This document shows, in pieces, positions 28,569 to 38,815 of a stretch of 64,000 nt of DNA. The translations under genes and the position numbers were made by a program. The notes beneath the pieces were generated by a model. It ran no database searches, was not told the origin of the DNA, and worked only from the letters and a program-made list of their open reading frames with translations. The stretch is from positions 53,164-117,163 of the forward strand of contig JBHIBG010000003.1 of the NCBI GenBank assembly GCA_046758965.1. Reading direction: 5' to 3'. Every line of letters begins with the position of its first letter. Within the stretch, counting starts at the first letter, position 1. The DNA is from Candidatus Methylomirabilia bacterium (lineage in GTDB: Bacteria; Methylomirabilota; Methylomirabilia; Rokubacteriales; CSP1-6).

Positions 28569-29125
28569 AGGACCCAATTCTATCTCCACCCGCGGGAGAA
28601 AGAAATGAGGGGGGCCTGTTCGGGAGAGTCTGCCCCCCAAGCACGGCCGGGACCCCCCGGCCCGGCGAGGCTCAAGACGCGGGCTTGACATCTCGTTGGC
28701 GATCCGCTTAGCTGTGGGCACCCCTATGGCGAAGCTCGGCTTTCAGCTGCTGAACGCTGGCCCGCTGGCCACCTCTGACGGCTGCCGAACCGGCTCCTAC
28801 CCGGAACTCCTCGAGACGATCGAGCGTCTGGCGGGAGAGGTGTGGCTCAAGCTGGAAGGCCACCGGGCGTGAGGGACGGAGCTCATGCCCCGACCACCCG
28901 GCCTGAAGGCTGAGGCCAGGGCCACGCGGACGGCAACGCTCCCCCTCCCACGGTCGGCCGCACTCGATCCCCACCCCTCCTCGCTCTCGCACCTGATCCG
29001 GGTGAGCATCCCGTCGAACATCTTTCAGAATCGGCGAGCAAAGGTGAGAAGATATTTCTGGTGGATCGCCTGGACCGGGTCGAAGGCGAGGTGGGAAGAG
29101 CCACCGAGTCGAGAGGCTGACGACG

Positions 29126-30253
29126 ATGAGTGCCTCCACTCCTGGCGGTGAGCCGGACCCCCGAGGGTCTGGATCTTTGGCTGACAAGAGCACCCCTGGC
29201 GCTCCGGCCGCTGAGCGGCCAGGGCAGCAGTGGGTGAGAATTGGCGGGTTTGCCGCCCTTGTGGCCTTGGCTGTGCTCATGCTCCGCCCATTCCTCGCGC
29301 CGGCGGCATGGGCGGTGGTGCTCGTCTTCGCCAGTTGGCCGCTCTTCCGCTTGATCGAGCGGGCGCTCGCCGGACGAACCGTCTGGGCGGCGCTCTGCGT
29401 GACGCTCCTGCTGGTCCTCGTCGTGGTGGTGCCCGCGACCTGGGCCTCGCTCGCCCTCGCCAGGGAGGCGCAAGAGCTGTACCTCTATCTGAGGCGGTGG
29501 ACGCCCACCGTCATCGAGATTCCGAGTTGGGTCAAGGACCTCCCGCTGGTAGGTCCCCAGCTCGCCGAACAGTTCGAGGCCCTGCGCGCCCAGCCTGCCG
29601 TCGTAGAGGAGTGGCTCCTCTCCCAGGCACGCCCGTGGGCCCTCTTTCTCGCTGGCGCGGCGCGGGACATCGGAAGGAACGTGGTGAACGCGGCACTGGC
29701 CCTCCTGACGCTCTTCTTCCTCTATGTGCACGGCCGAACCCTCCTGGCCCAGAGCCGCCGGGTGATGGTCGGGCTAGCAGGAGCCCGGGTGGAAGCGCTT
29801 CTCCTCCCCGCCGGGGAAACCATCCGAGCAGTCATGTATGGAGTGCTCCTCACAGCGCTCGCGCAGGGAACCCTCGCCGGGCTGGGGTACCTGGTGGCGG
29901 GGTTAGGAGCGCCCGTGCTCCTGGCGGTCATTACGAGCCTCCTGGCCTTCATCCCGTTCGGCGCTCCCGTCGTCTACGTGCCGGCCAGCCTGTGGCTCCT
30001 GGTCCAGGGCCGTTACCTTGCCGGTCTGCTGCTGCTGGCCTGGGGAATTCTCGTGGTGAGCAGCGTGGATAACCTGATTCGCTCATGGCTCATCAGCGGC
30101 GTGGCCCGCATCCCGTTCCTCCTGGTCCTGTTCGGGGTGGTCGGGGGGCTCACCGCCTTCGGGTTGATCGGCGTGTTCATCGGCCCCGTGCTGGTCACGC
30201 TGCTCCTCCACTTCTGGCGGGAGTGGGCGGCTGAGGAAGGGTCCGGTTCCTAA
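29126..30253 (+). CDS. AI-2E family transporter
   Basis: Multiple TM segments, LAFIPFGA, SVDNLIRSWL, GGLTAFGLIGVFIGP. Confidence 0.9.
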   Translation: MSASTPGGEPDPRGSGSLADKSTPGAPAAERPGQQWVRIGGFAALVALAVLMLRPFLAPAAWAVVLVFASWPLFRLIERALAGRTVWAALCVTLLLVLVVVVPATWASLALAREAQELYLYLRRWTPTVIEIPSWVKDLPLVGPQLAEQFEALRAQPAVVEEWLLSQARPWALFLAGAARDIGRNVVNAALALLTLFFLYVHGRTLLAQSRRVMVGLAGARVEALLLPAGETIRAVMYGVLLTALAQGTLAGLGYLVAGLGAPVLLAVITSLLAFIPFGAPVVYVPASLWLLVQGRYLAGLLLLAWGILVVSSVDNLIRSWLISGVARIPFLLVLFGVVGGLTAFGLIGVFIGPVLVTLLLHFWREWAAEEGSGS

Positions 30254-30290
30254 CGCCTCGGGCTCCCGCCGTGCCGACTCCCGAGGGGAA

Positions 30291-30322
30291 GCGGGGCCGC
30301 TGCCACGCTGAAGCGGCCCCGC
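30291..30322. other. Intergenic GC-rich hairpin
   Basis: GCGGGGCCGCT ... AGCGGCCCCGC stem. Confidence 0.4.
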
Positions 30323-30367
30323 CTCCCGGGCAACACCGCGGACGCCATCAGGAGAGGAGGAGGCATC

Positions 30368-31303
30368 GTGAATAGTGGGGTGCGGCTTGCCCTCGCGATT
30401 CCCCAGACGTTCCTCCATGGTCCTGTGGACACGCGACGGATCCGCGACTTTCTCGCGCGCGCCGAGACGCTCGGGTTTGAAAGCGTGTGGGTTTCCGAGC
30501 AGGTTCTCGGCTCCATCCCAAGTCTCGATCCCGTCGAGCTGCTCACCTACGCCGCGGCGGTCACCGAGCGCATCCGCCTGGGCTTCGCGGTGCTGCTGAC
30601 GGCCTTGCGCAGCCCGGTTCATCTCGCCAAGACCCTGGCCACGCTCGACCACCTGAGCCGCGGCCGCCTCATCATCGGCGTCGGGCTCGGCGTCAACACG
30701 CGTGCCTACCCCGCCTTTGGGATCTCGGCAGACCGCCGCGTCGCGCGCTTTGTCGAGGGCCTCAGGCTGATGCAACGGCTCTGGATCGAGCCCCGCGTGA
30801 CGTTCCAAGGGCGGTTCTGGACCCTCGAGAACGCCTCCATGGAACCCAAGCCGGTGCAGAAGCCGCACCCGCCGATTTGGTTCGGCGCCCATCACCCCAA
30901 GGCGCTCACGCGGGCGGTCGCGATGGGGGACGGCTTCATCGGCGCGGGGTCCAGCTCCACCACGCAGTTCGTCGAGGAGGTGGGCAGGCTCCGCTCGCTC
31001 CTGGACGAGGCTCGGCGTGACCCCGCGACGTTCGCAGTCGGCAAGCGTGTCTACATCGCCGTCGACAAGGACAAGGCGAAGGTGGGGAAGCGGCTCGCCG
31101 AATGGTTTGGGGCGTTCTATGGCAGACCGGAGCTCGCCGAGCGAGTATCCGTCTACGGCGAGCCGCAGGAGTGCGTTGACCGCCTGGCCGAGCTCGTGGC
31201 TGGCGGCGCCAGATTCCTCATCCTCAACCCTGTCTTCGACGAGACGCAGCAGCTGGAGCGGTTCGCGTCGGAGATCGCGCCGAAGCTCTCGACGAGACCC
31301 TGA
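30368..31303 (+). CDS. LLM class flavin-dependent oxidoreductase
   Basis: AETLGFESVWVSE, LAKTLATLDHLSRGRL, PKPVQKPHPPIWFG. Confidence 0.92.
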   Translation: MNSGVRLALAIPQTFLHGPVDTRRIRDFLARAETLGFESVWVSEQVLGSIPSLDPVELLTYAAAVTERIRLGFAVLLTALRSPVHLAKTLATLDHLSRGRLIIGVGLGVNTRAYPAFGISADRRVARFVEGLRLMQRLWIEPRVTFQGRFWTLENASMEPKPVQKPHPPIWFGAHHPKALTRAVAMGDGFIGAGSSSTTQFVEEVGRLRSLLDEARRDPATFAVGKRVYIAVDKDKAKVGKRLAEWFGAFYGRPELAERVSVYGEPQECVDRLAELVAGGARFLILNPVFDETQQLERFASEIAPKLSTRP

Positions 31304-31407
31304 TCGCCTCTTATTCTTCTTGCTTTCACCAAGACGCGCTGATGTTACAGTCAAGCTGATAGGGGAGCAGAGACCGAACGGTTGACCGCTTATCGGGAGG
31401 AAGGTTC

Positions 31408-32091
31408 ATGAGCAGGAGCTACGACGATCGGAAGCGCCGGGGCAGGCCGACGCACCCTGGCGACTACGAGCCTGAGGAAGAATCTGCGGAGTCTCCGGTG
31501 TGGCGCCTGTTTGAGAAGGGATCGTTCCGCGCACTGCTGGGCGCGCTCGCGCTCGTCGCTCTGGCGTTCACCGCCCTTCCCTACCTGCTGGACCGGATGA
31601 CGTCCTCGCAGACCCGGAACCTAGCAGTGGAAACTCCCTCGCTGATCGCACTGAAGCCGCCGGTTTCCCCAACGCCTGGATCGCCCACAGGACCGCCAGC
31701 TGTGCGGAAATTCGACACGGTGTATCCTCCCGCACTGCCGCCGACCACTACGCCCGAATCGGATTCGGCTGCTCCTGCGGCAAGAGTCACTGCCGGCGCC
31801 GAGCCTCAGCCGGGAGTGCCCGGCACCCGGGAGACGACTGCTCCCGCCCGCTCGAACGGCGGGTTCTGGGTGCAGGTGGGTGCCTTCAAGAACCCTGAGT
31901 ACGCCGCACGTGTGGCTGCCCGACTCAGCGCCCGGCACTACCCTGTCGTGATTCGCCGGCGAGAGGCGGCAGCCGCTCTTCACGTCGTGTGGGCTGGCCG
32001 GTATCCGAGCCGGAAACGGGCCGAGGAGGTGCGCGCGGCCCTGGAAAAGAAGGGGTTCCCGGGCTTCGTCTTGAGAGAAGAGGGGCCGTGA
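31408..32091 (+). CDS. SPOR domain membrane protein
   Basis: TM helix, Pro-rich linker, FWVQVGAFKN..VWAGRYPSRKRAE. Confidence 0.88.
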   Translation: MSRSYDDRKRRGRPTHPGDYEPEEESAESPVWRLFEKGSFRALLGALALVALAFTALPYLLDRMTSSQTRNLAVETPSLIALKPPVSPTPGSPTGPPAVRKFDTVYPPALPPTTTPESDSAAPAARVTAGAEPQPGVPGTRETTAPARSNGGFWVQVGAFKNPEYAARVAARLSARHYPVVIRRREAAAALHVVWAGRYPSRKRAEEVRAALEKKGFPGFVLREEGP

Positions 32092-32358
32092 GTTCCCGGG
32101 GACACTCCGATCGCTCACCGACGAGATTCCTTTCAGCGAGCCCGATCCTTCTTCAGGCTCCCGTCTCATCCCCCGCCGAGCTCCTGTAGTATCGGGCTCA
32201 TCATCGGGAGGGGGCGCGGCTCAGACAAGCTGTTTTCGAGCGGGTCAGTGACGAACCTGCTGCACCGCTTGCTCTCAGCGGCGATTGGGGGTCCAAACTC
32301 TCCCAGAACCAGCTCCATGCTGACGAGCTAAAGGGAAGCCCGGCAGAGAGGAGGGGCC

Positions 32359-33528
32359 GTGACCATCGCCTACCTGTTCGACCTCTACCTCTGTGCGCGG
32401 AAGGCACATGACATCTATCTTGTGAAGACCTGCCACAGCCTGGCCGAGGCAGGTCTGCGGATCTATCTCCTAGCCGGCCGGACCGAGGTCCCTGAGCAAG
32501 AGATCTGGTCCTACTACGGCCGTATCCCCCATCCGCGCCTCACGCTGGTGCAGGTTCCCCGCCTCCACAGAAGGAGCATTCCGCTGCCTTTTCTCCGAAA
32601 GCTGAGGATCTCGTACACTGGAATCTTCAACTACTTCTGCATATCGGCGTTGCGCAGGATCTACCGGAGGGAGGGGCTCGACCTCGTCGTGATCAGCGGG
32701 CTCAAGCCGGCGCTGCTCTATCTTCGGCATCAGCGCGAATTCCAGGTCCCCTACGTTTATGACGTGCACCAGCTGTACAGCAAGGACTCCCCAGTCGCGG
32801 AGACAGCGGCTCTCGAACGGAAGATCTTGCAGCAGGCGAGAAGCCTGATCGTCACCACCTCGGCACTGGAGAAGATGCTGCGGACGGAATACGATCTGGC
32901 AGACAAAGTAATCGCAAAGGTCCCTCTAGCGACAGATCTTCCGCGCTTCGATCGCTTCTCTGGGGGAGGCGGGGTCAGCGAAAGGGCGAGGATCTGCTAC
33001 GTCGGACAGGTCTATCCGATGCAGGGGGTAGACCTGCTCATCGAAAGCCTGCGGTATCTGCCCCAGGTGAGCCTGCAGATCGTCGGAGGAAGAGGGCCCC
33101 GAGACCTGGAGCGGCTTAGAGCCCGGGCTGGAGCGCTAGGAGTAGGGGAGCGCGTCTCTTTTCACGGCTTCATCGCGCCTAACCAGCTGGCCGAGTTTCT
33201 CCTGGCCCACGCCGACATCCTCGTCATCCCAACGCGCTCGGCGGGGCGCATGCCGTATGTGGCCCACACCAAGGTCTACGAGTATTTGGCCCTCGGAAGG
33301 CCCATCGTGGCCGCTCGCCTCCCGTCAGTAGAGGAGGTGTTGACCGACGGTAAGAACGCCGTGCTTGTGGAGCCTGACGACCCGAAGAAGCTAGCGGAAG
33401 GCATTCAGCGGATCCTGGATGATCCCGAGCTCGCCCATGCCGTCTCCCGCCAGGCGTACGTGGACGCCAAGCAGTACAGCTGGCAGAAGCGGGCCGAATT
33501 GCTCAGTTCAGTCTTTAGCCATACATGA
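32359..33528 (+). CDS. Glycosyltransferase family 4
   Basis: YVGQVYPMQGVD, TKVYEYLALGRPIV, YSWQKRA. Confidence 0.9.
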   Translation: MTIAYLFDLYLCARKAHDIYLVKTCHSLAEAGLRIYLLAGRTEVPEQEIWSYYGRIPHPRLTLVQVPRLHRRSIPLPFLRKLRISYTGIFNYFCISALRRIYRREGLDLVVISGLKPALLYLRHQREFQVPYVYDVHQLYSKDSPVAETAALERKILQQARSLIVTTSALEKMLRTEYDLADKVIAKVPLATDLPRFDRFSGGGGVSERARICYVGQVYPMQGVDLLIESLRYLPQVSLQIVGGRGPRDLERLRARAGALGVGERVSFHGFIAPNQLAEFLLAHADILVIPTRSAGRMPYVAHTKVYEYLALGRPIVAARLPSVEEVLTDGKNAVLVEPDDPKKLAEGIQRILDDPELAHAVSRQAYVDAKQYSWQKRAELLSSVFSHT

Positions 33529-33604
33529 CTGAGCTCCCGGAAGAGAGTTCCGATCTGGTCGTTCTCGCGGAGACCTTGGAGCACTTGCCATCGGGTGAGC
33601 GGCA

Positions 33605-34909
33605 TCAGCGCGGGAAGTTCGCGACAAAGAACGCGTGCACATTCGGCCGCAGCCGCTGCAGATTCCGCGGATCCATAATGTAGAAAGAGAAGGATTCCGC
33701 GAAGTACTCGCCCCACTCTTGGTTCGCATACCGGGTGATGCGTACGCCCCCGTCTTTCTCGGCGGCGCGCCTGAATGCGTTTCCTGCCGTACCCGCTGCT
33801 TCCGGGACGATCTCGAAGTCACCGGTCTGAGAGCTTCGTCGCCAGCGGTATCCCGAGGCGGACCGCGCCCGATCTCTCGCGCGCTCGGCTGCGGTAATCT
33901 GCTGGCGGAGCCTGTTCCAGGCAGCCTGTTTACCGTTCGGAACCCGATAGTTGCCGGTACCGGGTGGGGTCTCATAGTGGCTGAAGGCGACGCGCAGTGC
34001 CGCTTCAGCCCGCCCGAGACGATCCCATGCATGACGGAGCGGGCGGAGATCGATCGCGTGGCCGATCTCATGCGCGATGCTTCTCGCCGCATCGGTCGAG
34101 AGGCCCTGGCCGGGAGTTCCAAAGCGCGTCATCGACTCGTGGAAGGCGCGATTGTGCATCGTGATCGTATGCGTCAGGGGGTCATAAGCGCCACCAGGTT
34201 GCCTCGGATGCCCGCGGGCTCGATTGAATCGAAGGCCGTTAACGAGAGAAAGCATTGAGTCCGGAATCCGTGCGAGCGCTTCAAGGACGGCTTCGAACTC
34301 CTGATTCGACCAGCTCGAACCGAGCCTGAACTGATGCTGATCGAACCGCTTGCTGTTGACCTCCACCTGAGAGGGTGGCAGGCCCTCGACTCCGATCGAC
34401 CCCAACCGCTCTATCAGGACCTCGCGAGTACGTCTGCCTGTGCGTGGGCGGCGCTCGACATAGGTGTAGCGGAAGGCAGCATAGTCGCCACCATAGCGCT
34501 CGAGGTCAAGCGCAAACGTGATGGTTGAGTTCAGGCTCAGAGTATGCGGGATGATCATTCCCGCGAAGTTGCGTAATCCGTGATGAAGCGGTTGCGGAAT
34601 TGTTTGCGCGAAGTGAACCGTCACCCCACCCGGCAACGAGACTGTTATCCTCCTCGCGTTCGTCGAGAAAAGGTGGTGGATGCCCGAGATGTTCACACGG
34701 GACGTCACCACCTTGATCCGCTGCCGTTCCACCCTGGAAAGGGCCTCACTGAGTGCACCCGCCCGAGGGTCCTCAGCCCCCTTGATCTCGTCAGCGTCGC
34801 GGGTCTCGGCGGCACGCGGCACCACGACCGCGGATGCCGGCCTCGGACCGGTGCAGCCGGCCATGGCAACAGCAAGACCCAGCCCGATGACGATTCGGCT
34901 CGGAATCAT
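33605..34909 (-). CDS. Putative lipoprotein zinc metalloprotease (HEXXH..E)
   Basis: Lipobox-like AMAGC, IAHEIGHAID, EYFAESF. Confidence 0.7.
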   Translation of the reverse strand: MIPSRIVIGLGLAVAMAGCTGPRPASAVVVPRAAETRDADEIKGAEDPRAGALSEALSRVERQRIKVVTSRVNISGIHHLFSTNARRITVSLPGGVTVHFAQTIPQPLHHGLRNFAGMIIPHTLSLNSTITFALDLERYGGDYAAFRYTYVERRPRTGRRTREVLIERLGSIGVEGLPPSQVEVNSKRFDQHQFRLGSSWSNQEFEAVLEALARIPDSMLSLVNGLRFNRARGHPRQPGGAYDPLTHTITMHNRAFHESMTRFGTPGQGLSTDAARSIAHEIGHAIDLRPLRHAWDRLGRAEAALRVAFSHYETPPGTGNYRVPNGKQAAWNRLRQQITAAERARDRARSASGYRWRRSSQTGDFEIVPEAAGTAGNAFRRAAEKDGGVRITRYANQEWGEYFAESFSFYIMDPRNLQRLRPNVHAFFVANFPR

Positions 34910-34934
34910 GCCCGTCTCCTCTACACGCTCACTA

Positions 34935-34991
34935 CGCAAGGGTCGTACCAAGTGCCTATCAGAGCTGAAGGCATTGTTTTTCAAAGAGTTA
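34935..34991 (-). promoter_or_regulatory. sigma54 -24/-12 promoter with upstream IHF-like site
   Basis: TTGGTACG-ACCC-TTGCG (34951-34935); TTTCAAAGAGTTA at 34979-34991. Confidence 0.7.
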
Positions 34992-35322
34992 CAAATAAGC
35001 CCTCGGGGTGAGCGATTCGAGGTCTGCCAAAAATCGCCAAACCGTCCGTCCGTGGTTCCCAGTTCCTGCCAGCTGAATCCGCTGCCCGGACACAGCTGCT
35101 GGCCGGCAGTCGAGTGTGCGGCACGACACAGAGACCCCTCACCCGCCGAAGCGCCACCTGGATTCCGGGCTCTCACGGGCGTACGGGCCCACACAACACG
35201 ACGGGCGCCGAGGGTGGCCCCGACGCCCGTGCGAGCCGTGGTCGAGCCTGAGTCACTTCGTCAGGTCGTATTCGCCTCCTGCCTCGCTGCCGGAGCCCGT
35301 GCGCCCATCGCCCTGCACCGAC

Positions 35323-35901
35323 CTATATCCATCCATACGGGATCGGTGTGCGGTAGACCCTCCAGGCAAAGAGGGCCGCCAGGACTATGAGGATGGCCGT
35401 GAGCGGAGCCCCGAAGGGCGAGACGACCTGAAGGCCGAGGAGCACGGTGGCAATCACCAGGAAGAGGCAGACGGACGCCAGCCGCTTCCGCCTGAGGCGG
35501 AACCCGGCAATCTGGCTCGCGATCGGCTGCGGAATGGCCTCCCCCTCTGCCTGCGCAAGGAGCCCGTCGATCCGTGGCTGGATCGAGAAGTGAATCACGG
35601 AGAGCAGGCTCATCAGGGCCAGAAGAAAGAGGAGCTTGACCAACAGCACCCAGTTCGTGAAGAGAGAAATGAGGGCACCGCTCATGATGAGGAGCAGGAT
35701 GCCAGTCACCAGGGCGGTCAGCTGGAAGACGTAGCAGCGGGTTGAGTTCCCCCGGATGATGTTCTCGAAGTACTGATCCACCTGCAGGTGGGCCTTCCCC
35801 AGCTTCACCCGCTCGTTCACGACGATGAGGTTGTAGAGCGGCGCCGCCATGAAAACCACCGCGAGAACGTGGAGAAACTTCAGCAAATCGTAGAGGCTCA
35901 T
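35323..35901 (-). CDS. Uncharacterised integral membrane protein
   Basis: LKFLHVLAVV start, five to six hydrophobic segments, RBS present. Confidence 0.8.
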   Translation of the reverse strand: MSLYDLLKFLHVLAVVFMAAPLYNLIVVNERVKLGKAHLQVDQYFENIIRGNSTRCYVFQLTALVTGILLLIMSGALISLFTNWVLLVKLLFLLALMSLLSVIHFSIQPRIDGLLAQAEGEAIPQPIASQIAGFRLRRKRLASVCLFLVIATVLLGLQVVSPFGAPLTAILIVLAALFAWRVYRTPIPYGWI

Positions 35902-36055
35902 CTCTCCGTTCCTCCTTATATGGTCGGCGGCCCACCGGGAAGGGCCCCAACTGACACCACGAAGACTCGACGCCCAGCGGGTCGATGCCCTGACTTCTCC
36001 TACACTCCGAGCACACCAGGGGTGAAGTCAACCGGACAAACTGCTCATTCCCCTA

Positions 36056-36394
36056 GTGCGATTGGCCTATCGGGATCATCCGGGCGACACGGGCGAGGGA
36101 CTCGTTCCGAACCCACCGCCGTTCGATGAAGTGGCAGGGCTGATCAAGCAGTGGTATAGCCTCGGCGATCTCGAGATGGGCGAAAACGGGAACGGGACCC
36201 TTGAATACAGAAAAGGGGACAACCTGTACAAGAAGGGCCTGAACATGATCTTCGTGTTCGAGAAGGTCACGGCCGGCCAACACGCAGGGCCTGAAGACGT
36301 GGGCAAACTCATGGCGGAGTGCAATGGCCCCCTCGCCGGGACACAGGGGTCGGCAGGCATGGAAAAGGCCCTGACCGTCTTCCCGAAAAAGTAG
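36056..36394 (+). CDS. Hypothetical protein, possibly 5'-truncated
   Basis: 112-aa ORF with protein-like composition and no clear RBS. Confidence 0.4.
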   Translation: MRLAYRDHPGDTGEGLVPNPPPFDEVAGLIKQWYSLGDLEMGENGNGTLEYRKGDNLYKKGLNMIFVFEKVTAGQHAGPEDVGKLMAECNGPLAGTQGSAGMEKALTVFPKK

Positions 36395-36447
36395 GAGGCA
36401 TAGATTCCCCTGACGACGAGCACCAGGGGGGCGTGGGCGGTCGGGAG

Positions 36448-37656
36448 CTAATTGGTGTGTGGCTCTTGCCTTTCGACAATCACGAGGCAGGTAGCTCCCA
36501 TCACCCGTCTGATCACCGCGGTCCGGCCAAGTTCGGCAGGCTCACGCCCCCGCGCACCGACTCGCCTCAATGACACCCGGAAGGAGCTATTCTCGTGTCC
36601 CACCACGGGACCTTCCAGCGTGTCTCCTCTCCGGCTGAGCCTGTAGTGCAAGGAAGCCCCCGCAGTATGCGCTCGGCTGAACGCGTCGTAGGTCCCATCC
36701 AGCTCCACGCTGGAGTCAGTGATCGCCCGCACCACCCCGGATGCCCGGAGATTGCCAGCCCAGTTCCTGACGATCGTGTACCGGCTCATGGTCCAGCGGC
36801 GTCTGCCCCGCTCCTCCGTGAACTCAAAGCGCGACACGTCGGTGCGGATGGCCGGGCCAACATGCTCCCCTTCCCACGTGCCGACAAACCACGTGGGGCC
36901 TGCTCCCCCGGTGGCCTCTGGACGAGGTCTCTCGAACAGCGCGGTTGCGTACTGCCCTCTGATGGCCCAGGCGATGTTTTGTGGCGGGGCGCCAGTCGTC
37001 CCGAAAAAGTGACGACGGTCCATCGCCACCACCACGCCGACAACCTCTCCCTTCTGGTTCACCACCGGGCTCCCTGAGCTGCCGGGGAGAACAGGAACGC
37101 TGATCTGAAGCCACACATCACCGCGCGGGCCCGAAAGACCACTGATAGTGCCCTCGCTGTACGTGGGCTGACCCCTGAGAAAGGTAGGTGCCGGGTATCC
37201 GACCGTGAAGACCTCGGCTCCGAGGCGAATCGCTTTCGGCTCGGCGAAAGTCAAGTATGCGTCCCGACGGCCGCCATCGACTCTCAGCACCGCCAGGTCA
37301 TGCTCTGATGAGAACGTCTCCACTGCGGCCGGCACAGACCCGATTCCCGGGCAGGACAGCTCGATGGCCTTGGCCTGCTCAACGACGTGAAAGTTGGTCA
37401 TGAACAACCCTTCGGGCCGGATGGCGAACGCCGTGCCGAACTCGAGCGCCGCCTCGGTACGCTGCGCGATCTGTTCGGTCGGGTCAGCCCAGCCTGCCTG
37501 CGCCGCCAGAAGGGGACTCAGGCTGAGCACCGCCCCCGCCAGTGGAGCGATGAGAAGCCGGGAAATGAGCGTTATCCGGCCCCTGGCGACTGCCCGAGTC
37601 GTCCTGTGGGCCCGACTTCCCACCGCCTGCCCAACTTCCCGGCTGAGCTCATCCAT
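36448..37656 (-). CDS. Secreted trypsin-like (S1) serine protease
   Basis: MTNFHVV, HDLAVL, PGSSGSP; N-terminal hydrophobic signal. Confidence 0.85.
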   Translation of the reverse strand: MDELSREVGQAVGSRAHRTTRAVARGRITLISRLLIAPLAGAVLSLSPLLAAQAGWADPTEQIAQRTEAALEFGTAFAIRPEGLFMTNFHVVEQAKAIELSCPGIGSVPAAVETFSSEHDLAVLRVDGGRRDAYLTFAEPKAIRLGAEVFTVGYPAPTFLRGQPTYSEGTISGLSGPRGDVWLQISVPVLPGSSGSPVVNQKGEVVGVVVAMDRRHFFGTTGAPPQNIAWAIRGQYATALFERPRPEATGGAGPTWFVGTWEGEHVGPAIRTDVSRFEFTEERGRRRWTMSRYTIVRNWAGNLRASGVVRAITDSSVELDGTYDAFSRAHTAGASLHYRLSRRGDTLEGPVVGHENSSFRVSLRRVGARGREPAELGRTAVIRRVMGATCLVIVERQEPHTN

Positions 37657-37789
37657 GGGGCATCTCACTCCCGCGCAGAAACCCGTCAGCTCTCTGTCGC
37701 CGCCCGGCGCCCCCGGCCGTTAACAGGCTGGCGTCCCGGGACACAGCGCGGCGCCCCTCCGCTTTCGCTGGGGGCGCAGAGCGAGAGGG

Positions 37790-37818
37790 AGTCTAGGCGA
37801 GGTCGCCCGGCGTGTCAA
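37790..37818 (-). promoter_or_regulatory. sigma70 promoter TTGACA-17-TAGACT
   Basis: Direct match on the minus strand. Confidence 0.65.
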
Positions 37819-37911
37819 GCGGTGCCAGGTTGCAAGCCGTAAGCACCTCCTTCGTTTCTTCCGTAGGTGGACACCTCCGCGGACTGGTGGGCGATCGGTA
37901 GCTATCGGTAG

Positions 37912-38088
37912 CTAGTTGAACTTGATTTCGACGCACCGAGCCGCGAAGTGCTTTGCCTGGAAGTTCCTCGCCGCTTTGAAGCAGTCGCTCTTGTTCAAGT
38001 AGCTGTTAAACACCACCCACCCGCTCGTATGACCGCTCCAGTAGAACAGAAACCAATTGAGCAACACCATGGCGACGACTTTTTTCAT
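37912..38088 (-). CDS. Small secreted hypothetical protein with two Cys
   Basis: MKKVVAMVLLNWFLFYW..W..YLNKSDC..RCVE. Confidence 0.55.
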   Translation of the reverse strand: MKKVVAMVLLNWFLFYWSGHTSGWVVFNSYLNKSDCFKAARNFQAKHFAARCVEIKFN

Positions 38089-38186
38089 GATCAGCTCCAC
38101 CCTTCTGCCCGAGAACGCAGGCCATTTCTGCTGCGCCGACTCTCCCGGTGCCAGACGCTTACCCGGTCATCCTGAACTGAGGTCTT

Positions 38187-38384
38187 CTAGGCAGGAATGG
38201 GAGGGCTAGCAGCGTGGGGGTAGCGCTGCCGAGGGGGACCGCGACCAGGGGGCCCAAGATCCGAGCCCCTGAGCGTGACCAGCAGTGCAGCAAAGGCCGG
38301 AGGGAAAGAGCAGAAACGCTTCCGCCGGCCGGCCTGACCAACGAGGGCGTCGAAGAGCTGCCCGGGGACCCGATCCGGGGGCAT
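38187..38384 (-). CDS. Small ORF, paralog of 40377-40478
   Basis: GGGGAGG RBS; RVPGQxxxALVGxA shared with the paralog, with synonymous differences. Confidence 0.45.
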   Translation of the reverse strand: MPPDRVPGQLFDALVGQAGRRKRFCSFPPAFAALLVTLRGSDLGPPGRGPPRQRYPHAASPPIPA

Positions 38385-38431
38385 AGCTGCCTCCCCTGAG
38401 GGCTGGACTGTCGGATCGTGGACGTGCCGGG

Positions 38432-38460
38432 AGTCTAGGCGGGGTCCAGGGAGCTGTCAA
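38432..38460 (-). promoter_or_regulatory. sigma70 promoter TTGACA-17-TAGACT
   Basis: Direct match on the minus strand. Confidence 0.65.
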
Positions 38461-38585
38461 GGGGAGGCCGCCCAGGCAAGAACGCAGCGCGGAAATCGTG
38501 TCCCGCCGAAACGGCTCTTTGACCCGGGCGCTGGCCGGGCCGGCAGGAGCCGCTACCGGAGGGAAGCCAGACCGCGGCGGTTATG

Positions 38586-38815
38586 CTAGCGCCGTGCCGA
38601 TAACCGTCGCACGACCCACTTCGTGGGTGCCCGCCAAGGATGGCCTTCGGCCGTTGGTCATCGGGCGGTCGTCGCCCATCCTCAACGTACAGGGAGTACG
38701 CCTCCGGTGGGCTCCTCCCTCCGTCCTTGATCTGCTCGGTTCTCGGCACGGCGCGAGTGGCCTCCTGTCAAGATTGGACGCAAACGTGCAGGTGTTGGGC
38801 GAACAAGCAAGCTAG
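38586..38815. mobile_element. 230-bp CTAG-bounded MITE-like element, copy 2 (inverted)
   Basis: Reverse complement of 3697-3926; CTAGCGCCGTGCCGATA / TCTCGGCACGGCGCGAG inverted repeat. Confidence 0.75.

Noticed and set aside
28708..29125. Small ORFs between the protease fusion and the AI-2E gene
   Set aside because: Short, with no motif or clear RBS, so they cannot be supported.
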